Source: an uncultured Oscillospiraceae bacterium
GTDB taxonomy: Bacteria; Bacillota; Clostridia; Christensenellales; Aristaeellaceae
Assembly (NCBI GenBank): GCA_964584315.1
Contig: CAZOZO010000001.1
Coordinates: 84,225 to 148,224 of the forward strand
Length of the DNA: 64,000 bases
Direction of reading: 5' to 3'
Below the pieces are notes generated by a model, which ran no database searches, was not told where the DNA came from, and was given only the letters and a program-made list of their open reading frames with translations. Below, piece after piece: positions 27,644 to 38,519 of the stretch (positions are counted from its first letter, which is position 1; each line of letters opens with the position of its first letter). A program made the translations under genes and the position numbers.

Positions 27644-28309
27644 TCAGGCGCCCTGCGCCGGCGGGCCGCTTCGCGGGCGGATGCGCGGGAAATTCCACCG
27701 GAAGTGAGACGCCAGCCCGCGGATGAGCACCGTGACCGCCGCGGACACCACCGTGGCAAGCTGTACGTTCATCGCGTCCCGCGTCAGCAGGTACACGCAC
27801 GCGCCGATGAGCGATGCCACCGCGTAGATGTGCTTGACCAGCACGGCGGGTGTCTCGCTTGCCAGCACATCGCGCATGATGCCCCCGCCCGTGCCGGTCA
27901 AAAGCGCAACAAACAGCATCAAAAACACATTGCCGTTTGGGTAGGCCCGGATGGCAGTATCCACGCCGATGGCGGTGAACACGCCCAGCCCCACCGCGTC
28001 GCAGTAGAGCAGCACCCTTTTATAGCGGTTTACCGCCGCCTCGGACGGCTGGCGACGGAAAAAGTACAATACGCCAAAAAACAGCGTGCTGGTGGCGATG
28101 GCGATCAGCGCGAAGGTAGGGTCGCGGAACATCTGCGGCGGGTAGATGCCCAGCACGATATCGCGCAGGCAACCGCCGCCCACGGCCGTGGTCAGGCCCA
28201 AAATGTTCACGCCAAACAGGTCCATGCCCTTGCGGATAGCGACCATCGCGCCGGAGATGGCAAACGCGACGATGCCAAGATACTCGATCGGCAAAAACGG
28301 ATCGATCAT
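27644..28309 (-). CDS. TRIC/UPF0126 (YadS/YicG-type, Gly_transporter domain) trimeric cation-channel family membrane protein
   Basis: Start at ATG 28309 (RBS GGGAGAGGGAG): MIDPFLPIEYLGIVAFAISGAMVAIRKGMDLFGVNILGLTTAVGGGCLRDIVLG...; two repeated 3-TM units with GGG motifs. The ORF track's 5' extension to 28618 has no RBS and is judged non-coding. Confidence 0.75.
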   Translation of the reverse strand: MIDPFLPIEYLGIVAFAISGAMVAIRKGMDLFGVNILGLTTAVGGGCLRDIVLGIYPPQMFRDPTFALIAIATSTLFFGVLYFFRRQPSEAAVNRYKRVLLYCDAVGLGVFTAIGVDTAIRAYPNGNVFLMLFVALLTGTGGGIMRDVLASETPAVLVKHIYAVASLIGACVYLLTRDAMNVQLATVVSAAVTVLIRGLASHFRWNFPRIRPRSGPPAQGA

Positions 28310-28655
28310 AGACTCCCTCTCCCTGCGCTGAAATCGTGCCCATGATACCATCTGCGCGGGATGTGCGCAAGGGGTTTTCGATGGCGCGGCAACATCGCGG
28401 GCGATGCCAGCGCGGATGGGTATCGCTTGAAAGGCTTGAGCCGCCTCACTGATAAAACCATCACATTTGAACGGGAGAAAAGTTTGATGCAAGTTATGCT
28501 TGGAAGGGTGGAAAACGATGGGAAAGAGGGAACGCCGCGGAAACGCCCGGCATGGCGTATCTGCACCGTATCGTGGGCATGCGGCAGTGCGACCCGCTTC
28601 TGCAAAGCATTGCGACAATGAACGTTATGGTGCATATCAAACCAGAAGGTGGGGA

Positions 28656-28683
28656 TTGACAAGAAGACGCAACGCAATATAAT
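28656..28683 (+). promoter_or_regulatory. sigma70 promoter of fabT (TTGACA-16-TATAAT) with overlapping FabT-box-like half-site
   Basis: TTGACA 28656-28661, TATAAT 28678-28683. Immediately downstream, AGTTTGACTAACGAATCAGAT, whose first 9 nt match the streptococcal FabT operator half-site AGTTTGACT. Confidence 0.6.
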
Positions 28684-28726
28684 TAGTTTGACTAACGAAT
28701 CAGATTGCGACGGGGGAGCGTGCACG

Positions 28727-29236
28727 ATGGACGAGTTCAGCCGCGAGCTAAACCAACTGCTGGTTTGCACATACCGCGATGTGGGCAAGCTGGAGGAGGG
28801 TATGCTCCACACGCTGGGCGGCAGCGAGGTATCCATCGGCGAACTGCACTTGATGGAGGCCATCGGCGAGTGCAAGGACAAGGGCGTGCTCGTTTGCGAG
28901 CTGGCACAGCGCATGGAGCTCACGCCCCCCACCGTGACCGTCGCCATCAACAAGCTTGCTCAGAAGGGCTATGTGGTCAAAACCAAATCGACGCTGGACA
29001 AGCGAAGCGTGATCGTTACCCTGACGCGCGCAGGCAAGCGCGTCAACGCCGCGCATCGCTATTTTCATGAGCAGATGGTGCGCAATATCGAAAAATTGCT
29101 CTCCGCGTCCGAGCGCGAGGGTATGCTGCGCGGGATGCAGACGCTCAACGTGTTTATCAAAAACGCGCTTGGCGACGTAGCGCGCCGCGAGCCGGAAGGG
29201 GCCGCGCAGCCCACACCACAAGCCGAAGGAATGTGA
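28727..29236 (+). CDS. fabT: MarR-family transcriptional repressor of fatty-acid synthesis (FabT-like)
   Basis: 169 aa from ATG 28727 (RBS GGGGAG), winged-helix MarR fold, directly upstream of fabH-acpP-fabK as in Streptococcus/Lactococcus. The ORF track's GTG 28649 would overlap the promoter. Confidence 0.75.
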   Translation: MDEFSRELNQLLVCTYRDVGKLEEGMLHTLGGSEVSIGELHLMEAIGECKDKGVLVCELAQRMELTPPTVTVAINKLAQKGYVVKTKSTLDKRSVIVTLTRAGKRVNAAHRYFHEQMVRNIEKLLSASEREGMLRGMQTLNVFIKNALGDVARREPEGAAQPTPQAEGM

Positions 29237-29243
29237 ATTGATT

Positions 29244-30194
29244 ATGAAGATAGTCGCCTTTGGGCACGCGCTGCCCAAGCGCAGCGTGACCAATGAGGAG
29301 CTGACCCACTTCCTCGATACCACGGATGAGTGGATCCGCGACCATACGGGCATTGAGAGCCGCCGCATCCTGAGCGGCAAAGAGACATTAAGCGGGCTTG
29401 GGGCCAAGGCATCCAAGATGGCGCTGGCCCGTGCGGGCGTTACCGCCAAGGAGATCGACTTTATCCTCTGCTCCACCACCTGCGGGGAGATGACGTTTCC
29501 CGCCACGGCATGCCTGATTCAGGAGCGGCTGGGGGCGACCTGCCCCGCATTGGACCTGAACGCCGGCTGCACGGGCTTCCTGTACGCCCTGCAAATGGCG
29601 GATGCGCTGATTGCGAGCGGCAAAGCCCACCGCGTGCTGGTCGTGTGCGCGGAGCAGATCTCCCGCCTCGCGGACTGGACGGATCGCAGCACCTGCGTGC
29701 TGTTTGGCGACGCGGCGGGCGCGGCGGTGTGCGAGGCGGGCGAGGGGCTCAAGGCCATCCGCCTGACCGCGCGCGGCAATGCCGATCTGCTGTACGGCTG
29801 GCCGGACAGCGGCAACAGCCCCTTCGTCGAGAACCATGTATCTGCGCAGCCCCTGTTCATGAACGGGCAGGAGGTTTTCAAATTCGCGGTCACACACAGC
29901 AGCCGTGACATTGAGGCCGTGCTGGCCGATACGGGCCTTACAGCCGCGCAGGTCGACCACTTTGTGCTCCATCAGGCCAACCGCCGCATCCTGGACGCGG
30001 CGCGCGCACGCCTGAAGCAGCCCGCGGAAAAGTTTCCCGTGAACATCACCACGCATGGGAACACCTCCTCCGCGTGCATACCCGTGCTCCTGTCCGAAAT
30101 GGCGGAGGACGGAAGCCTCCAAAAGGGGCAAACGCTTGTGCTCAGCGCGTTCGGCGCAGGGCTCACCACAGGGGCAGCGGTGCTGCAATACTAA
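29244..30194 (+). CDS. fabH: 3-oxoacyl-ACP synthase III
   Basis: Catalytic Cys in GCTGFLYAL, His/Asn region (HQAN, GNTSSA). Start ATG 29244 (MKIVAF); the track's TTG 29238 is 2 codons upstream. Confidence 0.9.
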   Translation: MKIVAFGHALPKRSVTNEELTHFLDTTDEWIRDHTGIESRRILSGKETLSGLGAKASKMALARAGVTAKEIDFILCSTTCGEMTFPATACLIQERLGATCPALDLNAGCTGFLYALQMADALIASGKAHRVLVVCAEQISRLADWTDRSTCVLFGDAAGAAVCEAGEGLKAIRLTARGNADLLYGWPDSGNSPFVENHVSAQPLFMNGQEVFKFAVTHSSRDIEAVLADTGLTAAQVDHFVLHQANRRILDAARARLKQPAEKFPVNITTHGNTSSACIPVLLSEMAEDGSLQKGQTLVLSAFGAGLTTGAAVLQY

Positions 30195-30212
30195 ATTTGG
30201 GAGGAAATCAAC

Positions 30213-30437
30213 ATGTCTACTTTTGAAACCATCGCCAAGCTGGTGGCCGAAGCCAAGGATCTGGATGTTGCCGCCGTCAAGCCCGAGATGACCTTTGCCG
30301 ACCTGGGCCTGGACAGCCTGGATGTGGCCGAGCTGGTCATGAACATGGAAGACGAGCTGAACGTGACCATCGAGATCAGCCCCCTGCTCAAGACTGTGCA
30401 GGATGTGGTCAACCTCGTGGAAGAGCAGAAGAAATAA
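30213..30437 (+). CDS. acpP: acyl carrier protein
   Basis: 74 aa, phosphopantetheine attachment DSLD motif (LGLDSLDVAELV). Confidence 0.92.
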   Translation: MSTFETIAKLVAEAKDLDVAAVKPEMTFADLGLDSLDVAELVMNMEDELNVTIEISPLLKTVQDVVNLVEEQKK

Positions 30438-31384
30438 TGATTGCGTCTGTGCTTTGCGAGGCGCTGGGCCTGCAATACCCCATTTTTCAGGGCGGCATGG
30501 CGTGGGTGAGCGAAGCAAACCTGGCCGCCGCCGTATCCAACGCCGGTGGGCTGGGCATCATTTCAGCCATGAACCTGAACGCGGATTATTTGCGGGGCCA
30601 GATCCGCAAATGCCGCGAACTGACCGACAAGCCCTTTGGCGTGAACGTGATGCTCATGTCCCCCCATGTGAAGGAAGTGGCGCAGGTGTGCGCCGAGGAG
30701 AAACCCGCCGTTGTGACTACCGGAGCGGGTCTGCCCAACGCCTACATGAAGGATTGGCTCGCCGCGGGCATCAAGGTGATCCCCGTGGTGCCCTCCATCG
30801 CGGTGGCCAAGCTGGTGGAGCGCGCGGGCGCGTTCGCGGTGATCGCCGAGGGTGGCGAGAGCGGCGGTCATGTGGGCGACATCAGCACCATGGCGCTGGT
30901 GCCGCAGATCGTCGACGCAGTCAACATCCCCGTACTGGCAGCTGGCGGCATTGCGGATGGACGCGGCGTAGCGGCCGCGTACATGCTGGGTGCGGTAGGC
31001 GTGCAATGCGGTACGGTGTTCCTGTGTGCCGATGAGTGCACCGTGCACGACACCTACAAGCAAAAGGTGGTCGCCGCCAAGGATATCGACACGGTGGTCA
31101 CGGGCAAGCGCCTCGGGCATGCCGTACGCAGCCTGCGCAGCCCCTTCACCCGCCGCTATATCGAAAAGGAATATGACCCCCAGACATCCGGCGACGAGCT
31201 GGAAGCCCTCGGCGTGGGCGCACTGCGCAAAGCGGCGGTGGAGGGCGATGTGGAGAACGGCTGCTTCCTCGCGGGGCAGGCGGCTGCGCTGGTCAAGGCC
31301 GTAAGGCCTGCTACGGAGATCATCCAAGGGATGTTCGCCGAGGCGGAAACGCTGCTCAAGGGGGCTGCGCAATGGGTAAAATAG
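30437..31384 (+). CDS. fabK: FMN-dependent enoyl-ACP reductase II (nitronate monooxygenase fold)
   Basis: 315 aa, YPIFQGGMAWV...GGLGII...AGGIADGRG; position between acpP and fabD identical to the S. pneumoniae fab cluster. 1-nt overlap with the acpP stop (TAATG). Confidence 0.85.
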   Translation: MIASVLCEALGLQYPIFQGGMAWVSEANLAAAVSNAGGLGIISAMNLNADYLRGQIRKCRELTDKPFGVNVMLMSPHVKEVAQVCAEEKPAVVTTGAGLPNAYMKDWLAAGIKVIPVVPSIAVAKLVERAGAFAVIAEGGESGGHVGDISTMALVPQIVDAVNIPVLAAGGIADGRGVAAAYMLGAVGVQCGTVFLCADECTVHDTYKQKVVAAKDIDTVVTGKRLGHAVRSLRSPFTRRYIEKEYDPQTSGDELEALGVGALRKAAVEGDVENGCFLAGQAAALVKAVRPATEIIQGMFAEAETLLKGAAQWVK

Positions 31385-32298
31385 CCTTTGTGTTTGCCGG
31401 GCAGGGCGCGCAGTACGCGGGCATGGGCAAGAGCCTGTACGAGGGCTCACCCGCCGCAAGGGCGGCCCTGGACGAGGCCGAGAGCCTGCGCCCGGGCCTC
31501 CTTGACCTGTGCTTTTCAGGCGACAGGGACGCGCTGAGCCAGACGCGCAACACCCAGCCCTGCCTGATGGCTGTGGACTATGCCTGCGCCGCCGCTTTGA
31601 TGGAAGCGGGCGTCAGGCCGGACGGGCTGGCGGGCTTCTCGCTGGGCGAGATCGCCGCGCTGCCGGTCAGCGGGCTCCTGCGCTTTACCGATGCGTTCCG
31701 ACTGGTGCTGATGCGTGCAGAGCTGATGCAGGCCTGCGCGGAGCAAAACCCCGGCGGCATGGTGGCCGTGCTGAAGCTTGCCGACGAGGTGGTGGAGGCG
31801 CTGTGCGCTGCGCACGGGGCTTACGCCGTCAACTACAACTGCCCCGGTCAGGTCGTTTGCGCGATGCTGACAGACAAGATCCCAGCGTTCAGCGATGCCG
31901 TCAAGGCGACGGGTGGACGGGCGCTACCCCTCGCGGTGGGCGGCGGGTTCCATAGCCCCTACATGCACGAGGCTGCCGTGGGCCTCAAGGACTACGCAGA
32001 AACGCTCACCTTCCAAAAGCCTGCAATGCCTCTCTACGCCGATGCGACCTGTGAGCCCTACACGCAAGGCGAGGCCGCGAGCCTGCTGGGCAGGCAGGTG
32101 GAGAGCCCCGTGCGCTTTACCGAGCTGGTGCGGCGCATGCAGGCGGACGGATATACCGACTTTGTCGAGGTGGGCGCGGGCAAGACCCTTGCGGGACTCA
32201 TCGGCAAGATCGGCGGCGCGGCGCGCATCGCAGGCGTGGAGGACGCAGACACCCTCGCGGCTACCGTGGCACTGCTGAAGGAGGAGAACCCATGCTGA
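31372..32298 (+). CDS. fabD: malonyl-CoA:ACP transacylase
   Basis: 308 aa, FVFAGQGAQY..., active-site GFSLGE. Confidence 0.9.
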   Translation: MGKIAFVFAGQGAQYAGMGKSLYEGSPAARAALDEAESLRPGLLDLCFSGDRDALSQTRNTQPCLMAVDYACAAALMEAGVRPDGLAGFSLGEIAALPVSGLLRFTDAFRLVLMRAELMQACAEQNPGGMVAVLKLADEVVEALCAAHGAYAVNYNCPGQVVCAMLTDKIPAFSDAVKATGGRALPLAVGGGFHSPYMHEAAVGLKDYAETLTFQKPAMPLYADATCEPYTQGEAASLLGRQVESPVRFTELVRRMQADGYTDFVEVGAGKTLAGLIGKIGGAARIAGVEDADTLAATVALLKEENPC

Positions 32299-33032
32299 AC
32301 GGGAAAACGGCACTGGTGACCGGCGGCAGCCGAGGCATCGGCCGCGCCATCTGCCTCGCGCTGGCGGCGCAAGGCGCATCCATCGCGCTGGTGTATGCGG
32401 GTAACGAAGTTGCTGCGGCGGAAACGGCGGAACAAGTAAGTGCGCTCGGCGTGGCCGTGAAGGCATACCGCTGCGACGTGGCAGATTTTGCCGCCACCGA
32501 GGCACTGGTCAAGGACGTGACCGCGGATTTCGGCGGCATCGACCTGCTCATCAACAACGCTGGCGCGACGCGCGACAAGCTGGTCATGCGCATGACCGAG
32601 GCGGATTTTGACGACATCATCGCCGTCGATCTGAAAGGCGCGTTCAACCTGATCCGCCACACCAGCGCGGCGTTCATTAAAAAGCGCGGCGGGCGAATCG
32701 TCAACATCACCTCGGACGCGGGCCTGATGGGCAACCCCGGCCAGGCGAACTATGCCTCGGCCAAGGCGGGTCTTATCGGATTGACTAAGACCGTCGCCAA
32801 GGAACTGGGGGGCAGAGGCATCACCTGCAACGCGGTGGCCCCGGGCTTTATCCGCACGGACATGACCGCCGCGATGAACGCGCAGGTTCTGGAGAGCGCG
32901 GAGCAATACATTCCTCTCAAACGCCTTGGCGAGCCGGAGGACGTGGCCCAGTTGGTCGCGTTCCTGTGCGGCGACGGGGCGGGCTATATCACCGGTCAGG
33001 TTCTGCAGGTGGACGGCGGCCTCCGCATGTGA
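32292..33032 (+). CDS. fabG: 3-oxoacyl-ACP reductase (SDR)
   Basis: 246 aa, TGGSRGIGRAI, NNAG, YxxxK (YASAKAG). Confidence 0.9.
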   Translation: MLNGKTALVTGGSRGIGRAICLALAAQGASIALVYAGNEVAAAETAEQVSALGVAVKAYRCDVADFAATEALVKDVTADFGGIDLLINNAGATRDKLVMRMTEADFDDIIAVDLKGAFNLIRHTSAAFIKKRGGRIVNITSDAGLMGNPGQANYASAKAGLIGLTKTVAKELGGRGITCNAVAPGFIRTDMTAAMNAQVLESAEQYIPLKRLGEPEDVAQLVAFLCGDGAGYITGQVLQVDGGLRM

Positions 33033-33242
33033 TATCATAACCACGACACGGCGCGTACAGGGCGCGGGCATGTTCATAGGGGGAAAGGGCCGGAAAGCCA
33101 AGTGCACAAGGCGTTTGCGGAAATCGCACGCCGCGGGGCAGGCGACCTGGAGCCGTACCTCCCATGACGGGCAGCCGCGCCACGGCGCGTAGGTCGTACA
33201 TTATTTGTCCTTATCGGTATCACATGCAGGGAGGGTTTCATC

Positions 33243-34483
33243 ATGAACCGAGTCGTCATCACAGGGTTGGGCGTCATATCGCCCGTGGGCCTGAACATAC
33301 CAGACTTCTGGGCGTCGCTTACCGAGGGCAGGTGCGGCATCGCACCCATCCAAGGCTTCGACGCATCCGGCATGAAAGTGAAGGTCGCGGCGGAGGTCAA
33401 GGGGTTTGACCCCACCGTTTACGGCATCGATAAAGGCACGGCGCGCAAGCTGGATCCATTCACCCAGTACGCGCTGGCCGCCGCCACGCAGGCAATGGCC
33501 CAAAGCGGCCTCAAAGCGGGCGAAAACGTGGAAGGCGAGCGCCTGGGTGTGTACATCGGCTCGGGCATCGGCGGCATGCAGACCTATGTGACCGAGACGC
33601 GCAAAAGCATCGAGCGTGGGCCGGAGAAGGTTTCGCCCCACTTCATCCCGATGATGATCGCCAACATGGCCTCCGGCCAGGTGGCCATCGCCCACGGCGC
33701 GGAGGGCCCGTGCCTGCCGGTCATGACGGCCTGCGCCACCTCCACCAACGCGATCGGCGAGGCGTTCCATGCCATCAAGGCGGGGTATGCGGACGCGATC
33801 ATCGCGGGGGGCAGCGAGGCGGCCATCTGCCCGCTGGCCATCGGCGGGTTCACCAACTGCATGGCCCTGTCCACGCAGGAGGATCCCCTGCTCGCCTGCC
33901 TGCCGTTTGACAAGCGGCGCAGCGGTTTTGTGATGGGCGAGGGCGCGGGCGTGCTGGTGCTGGAGAGCGAGGAGCACGCCAGGGCACGCGGCGCGACCAT
34001 TCTGGCGGAGGTGTGCGGCTACGGCAACACCTGCGACGCCTACCATGTGACCGCCCCCAGCCCCGAGGCCGAGGCCAGCGCGCGCGCCATCAAAATCGCG
34101 CTGAAAGAAGCCGACTATCAGGCCAGCGACCGTGTGTATGTGAATGCCCACGGCACGAGCACCGCGCTCAACGACGTGAGCGAGACAGTGGCCATCAAGA
34201 AGGCGTTGGGCGATGAGGCGGCGCACCGCGCGCTGGTCTCCTCCACCAAGAGCATGACGGGGCATATGCTGGGCGCAGCGGGCGCCGTAGAGTGCATCGC
34301 GGCAGTGCTGGCGCTGCGCGAGGGCGTTATCCCACCCACCATCGGCCTGACCGACCCCGATCCGGAATGCGACCTTGACTATGTACCGCTTACCGCGCGC
34401 AAGGCGCAGTGTGACCTCGCGCTCAGCATATCGCTTGGCTTCGGCGGCCATAACGGCTGCGTGGCGCTGCGGAGGGTAGAAGC

Positions 34484-34487
<4 letters not shown>
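33243..34487 (+). CDS. fabF: 3-oxoacyl-ACP synthase II
   Basis: 414 aa, active-site Cys (TACATS), His-His (NAHGTST ... GHMLGAAG). Confidence 0.9.
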
Positions 34488-34918
<431 letters not shown>

Positions 34919-34933
34919 TAAAGGGACGGTCAC

Positions 34934-35365
34934 ATGAACAGGGATGAGATCAAAGCGTTTTTACCACACCGTGAACCCATGCTGCTGGTGGACGAGATGA
35001 CGCTGGATGGCGACGCGGCCGTTGGCAGCTACACCGTGCGCGGGGACGAATGGTTTTTACAGGGGCATTTTCCAGGCAACCCTGTGGTGCCCGGCGTGGT
35101 GCTCTGCGAGATGATGGGCCAAAGCTGCGCTATCCTGCTGGGCGACCAGCTGATCGGCAAAACGCCGTTTTTCACGGGGATGAACAAGGTCAAGTTCCGC
35201 CGCTCCGCGCGGCCGGGCGATCGGCTCACGCTGCAAGCCCGCATCACGCGCAAGAACGGCCCCTTCTTCTTTACCGAGGGACAGACGTTGGTGGACGGGC
35301 AACTGATCGCGCAGGGAGAGTTTTCCTTCGCGCTGCTTAGCAACAACCAGGCTGTCGAAACCTGA
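34934..35365 (+). CDS. fabZ: 3-hydroxyacyl-ACP dehydratase
   Basis: 143 aa, hotdog fold, HFPGNPVVPGVVLCE. Confidence 0.9.
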   Translation: MNRDEIKAFLPHREPMLLVDEMTLDGDAAVGSYTVRGDEWFLQGHFPGNPVVPGVVLCEMMGQSCAILLGDQLIGKTPFFTGMNKVKFRRSARPGDRLTLQARITRKNGPFFFTEGQTLVDGQLIAQGEFSFALLSNNQAVET

Positions 35366-35516
35366 CGCTTTTTCCGATGGACGGGTCGGGAGGACGCACC
35401 TGCGCCCTCCCCGCGTCTATCCGGCGACCCAAGCACAACGCGCGCCGCGGGGCGGGCGGGTACCGGGCGGCAGCCCGGCCGCCGGATGCCGCGCGCGCGG
35501 CGACCAAGGAGGCCCT

Positions 35517-36854
35517 ATGTTCTCCAAGATCCTGATTGCCAACCGTGGCGAGATTGCCATCCGCGTGATCCGCGCCTGCAAGGAGATGGGCGTGGCGACC
35601 GTCGCCGTGTTTTCGGAGGCGGACAAGAACGCGTTGCACGTTTCCCTCGCGGACGAGAGCTACTGCATCGGCCCGGCGCCTACCGCAAAGAGTTACCTGA
35701 ACATGTCGGCGATCATCACGGTTGCCAAGGGGTGCGGCGTGCAGGCCATCCATCCCGGTTATGGGCTGCTTTCCGAAAACGCGACGTTCGCGGCCCTGTG
35801 CGAGCAAAACGGCATCCGCTTCATCGGCGCGCCGTGCGAAGTGATGGAGAAGATGGGCGACAAGGACGCGGCGCGGCGCACAATGCGCGCGGCGGGCGTG
35901 CCGGTCATCCCCGGATGCGATCTGGTGCCTACCGTGGAGGATGCGCTGCGCGAGGCTGAGGGGATCGGCTACCCGCTGCTGCTCAAGGCTCGCGCGGGCG
36001 GCGGCGGCCGCGGCATCCGGCGCGTCAACGCGCGCGACGAGCTGGCGCCCGCCTTTTTGAGCGCGAGCGCCGAGGCGCAAAGCGCCTTTGGCGACGGCGC
36101 GCTGTACATGGAAAAGCTGCTGGAAAACGTGAAGCATATCGAGATGCAGCTGCTCTGTGACAAACACGGCAACGTGCTGTGCCTGGGCGAGCGCGACTGC
36201 TCCATGCAGCGCAAGAACCAGAAGATTTTGGAGGAGAGCCCCGCAGTATGCGTATCGCCGGAACTGCGGGAGAAGCTGACCGACGCCACCGTGCGGGCGG
36301 CCAAGACCGTAGGCTACATCGGCGCGGGCACCATCGAGTACCTGCTTACCGCGGACGGGCAATTCTACTTCATGGAGATGAACACCCGCCTGCAGGTGGA
36401 GCACCCCGTAACCGAGATGGTGACGGGCGTGGACTTGGTGAAGTGGCAGATCCGCATTGAGAATGGGCAGGAGCTGACCGTGAAGCAGGAGGATGTGCGC
36501 GTCGAAAGCCACGCCATCGAATGCCGCATCAACGCAGAGGACACGGCGCACAACTTCAGGCCCAGCTGCGGCACCATCAGCCTGCTGCATGTGCCCGGCG
36601 GCCCGTGGGTGCGCTTTGACACCGCGCTCTATCAGGGCTACACCATCCCCCCGTTTTACGACAGCATGATCGCCAAGCTGATCGTGTGCGCCCGTACCCG
36701 TGCCGAAGCCATCCGCAAGATGCAGGCAGCCCTGTGCGAGATGGTGGTGGAGGGTGTGGAGCACAACGCGGCCATGCACATTGACCTGCTGGGCGAGCCC
36801 GCCTTCGTGGAGGGCACCTATACGACCGACTACCTCTCAAAGCGAAACCAGTAG
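35517..36854 (+). CDS. accC: acetyl-CoA carboxylase biotin carboxylase subunit
   Basis: 445 aa, ATP-grasp (GGGGRGIR, EMNTRLQVEHPVTE). Confidence 0.92.
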   Translation: MFSKILIANRGEIAIRVIRACKEMGVATVAVFSEADKNALHVSLADESYCIGPAPTAKSYLNMSAIITVAKGCGVQAIHPGYGLLSENATFAALCEQNGIRFIGAPCEVMEKMGDKDAARRTMRAAGVPVIPGCDLVPTVEDALREAEGIGYPLLLKARAGGGGRGIRRVNARDELAPAFLSASAEAQSAFGDGALYMEKLLENVKHIEMQLLCDKHGNVLCLGERDCSMQRKNQKILEESPAVCVSPELREKLTDATVRAAKTVGYIGAGTIEYLLTADGQFYFMEMNTRLQVEHPVTEMVTGVDLVKWQIRIENGQELTVKQEDVRVESHAIECRINAEDTAHNFRPSCGTISLLHVPGGPWVRFDTALYQGYTIPPFYDSMIAKLIVCARTRAEAIRKMQAALCEMVVEGVEHNAAMHIDLLGEPAFVEGTYTTDYLSKRNQ

Positions 36855-36861
36855 GAGCTGA

Positions 36862-37737
36862 ATGCGTTTGATCAGCAAGGAACTGTTCAAGAAGCCCAAC
36901 AACCGGCTGGAGGGCGAACAGGAGCACCCCGTTGCCGCCGCCGCGCCGGAGGCCGACATCAGAATGGCTGAGTGCCAGGAGTGCAAGGCACAGGCAGTGG
37001 CCGCGCAGTTGCCCGCGATGGACTATGTGTGCCCGCGCTGCGGCGCGCAATATTCTATCAGCGCGCGCGAGCGTGTGCTTTGGCTGACGGATGAAGGCAG
37101 CTTTCAGGAACTGGACGCGGGCCTTGTGCCAATGGATCGCCTGCGCTTTCCCGCTTATGCGGAAAAACTCAAGCGTGCCCAGCAGGACAGCGGCGAGCCG
37201 GAGGGCGTGGTCACGGGTGTGGCGACCATCGGCGGCCAGCCCTGCGCGATTTTCTCGATGAACCCGATGTTCATCATGGGTTCGATGGGCGCGGTGGTGG
37301 GGGAGAAGATCACCCGCCTGTTCGAGTACGCAGCGGAGCAGGGCCTGCCTGTCGTGGGCTACACCGTGAGCGGTGGGGCGCGCATTCAGGAGGGCATGTT
37401 CAGCCTGATGCAGATGGCCAAGACCAGCGGCGCGGTGCTGCGGCACAGCGAAGCGGGGCTGCTCTATGTGGCGGTGCTCACCAACCCGACTACCGGCGGC
37501 GTGGTGGCTTCCTTCGCGATGGAGGCGGACGTGATCCTGGCCGAGCCCAAAGCCCTGATTGGCTTTGCAGGCCCGCGCGTGATCGAGCAGACCATGCGCC
37601 AGAAGTTGCCTGAGGGCTTCCAGCGCGCGGAGTTTTTGCTGAAAAAAGGCTTTATCGACCGCATCGTGGAGCGCGGCGCGCAAAAGCGTGAGCTCACGCT
37701 GCTGCTGCAAATGCACCATAGGGAGGGTTGCCTGTGA
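36862..37737 (+). CDS. accD: acetyl-CoA carboxylase carboxyltransferase beta subunit
   Basis: 291 aa, N-terminal C4 zinc ribbon (CQECKAQ...CPRCGAQ), CT domain. Confidence 0.9.
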   Translation: MRLISKELFKKPNNRLEGEQEHPVAAAAPEADIRMAECQECKAQAVAAQLPAMDYVCPRCGAQYSISARERVLWLTDEGSFQELDAGLVPMDRLRFPAYAEKLKRAQQDSGEPEGVVTGVATIGGQPCAIFSMNPMFIMGSMGAVVGEKITRLFEYAAEQGLPVVGYTVSGGARIQEGMFSLMQMAKTSGAVLRHSEAGLLYVAVLTNPTTGGVVASFAMEADVILAEPKALIGFAGPRVIEQTMRQKLPEGFQRAEFLLKKGFIDRIVERGAQKRELTLLLQMHHREGCL

Positions 37738-38519
37738 CCACGGCATACGAGCGGGTGCAGGCCGCCCGCCAGAAGGGCCGCCCCACGGCCATGTACTATA
37801 TCCAGCGAGTGTTTGACGATTTTTTGGAGATGCACGGCGACCGCCGGTTTGCGGACGACGCGGCCATCGTGGCGGGCGTGGCGACGCTGGGCGGCCTGCC
37901 GGTCACGGTGGTAGGGATTGAGAAGGGTGTTTTGACCGAGGAGAAGATCGCGCGCAACTTTGGCTCCGCACACCCTGAAGGCTACCGCAAGGCTTTGCGC
38001 CTGATGAAACAGGCGGAGAAGTTCGGCCGCCCTGTAGTGTGCCTGATCGACACCTCCGGCGCATTTTGCGGCATCGGCGCGGAGGAGCGCGGGCAGGGGC
38101 TCGCCATCGCAGAAAACCTGATGGCGATGATGGGGCTCAAGGTGCCGGTCGTCTCGCTGGTGATCGGCGAGGGCGGCAGCGGCGGCGCGCTGGCGCTGGG
38201 CGTGGCTGACCGGGTGTGGATGTTGGAGAACGCCGTGTACTCGGTCATATCGCCCGAAGGCGCGGCCAGCATCGTGTGGAAGGACGCAGCCAAGGCCGCC
38301 GATGCCAGCGAGGCGCTCAAGCTGACCGCTGCCGATCTGTTGGGCTTTGGCATGGTGGAGCGCGTGTTCCCCGAGGAGAACGGCGATTTTGAGCGCCTGT
38401 GCGACACGTTGCGCACGGCGCTGGCCGATGAACTGAAAGCGCTTTCAGCCTTGCCTGTGGGCGAGCTGACCGAGCGCCGGTACCAGAAATTCCGCAGGAT
38501 CGGAGGTGACGGGGCATGA
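37728..38519 (+). CDS. accA: acetyl-CoA carboxylase carboxyltransferase alpha subunit
   Basis: 263 aa, RPVVCLIDTSGAFCG, GEGGSGGALALG. Confidence 0.9.
   Translation: MPVTTAYERVQAARQKGRPTAMYYIQRVFDDFLEMHGDRRFADDAAIVAGVATLGGLPVTVVGIEKGVLTEEKIARNFGSAHPEGYRKALRLMKQAEKFGRPVVCLIDTSGAFCGIGAEERGQGLAIAENLMAMMGLKVPVVSLVIGEGGSGGALALGVADRVWMLENAVYSVISPEGAASIVWKDAAKAADASEALKLTAADLLGFGMVERVFPEENGDFERLCDTLRTALADELKALSALPVGELTERRYQKFRRIGGDGA

Noticed and set aside
28310-28640. Possible glycine riboswitch upstream of the TRIC/Gly_transporter-family gene
   Set aside because: This gene family is often preceded by glycine riboswitches. Reading the minus-strand leader, I could not find the paired aptamer cores (GGAGAG…CACCGAAGG…GCAA / CUCUCAGGCAAAAGGAC). 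Only an RBS-like GGGAGAGGGAG is present.
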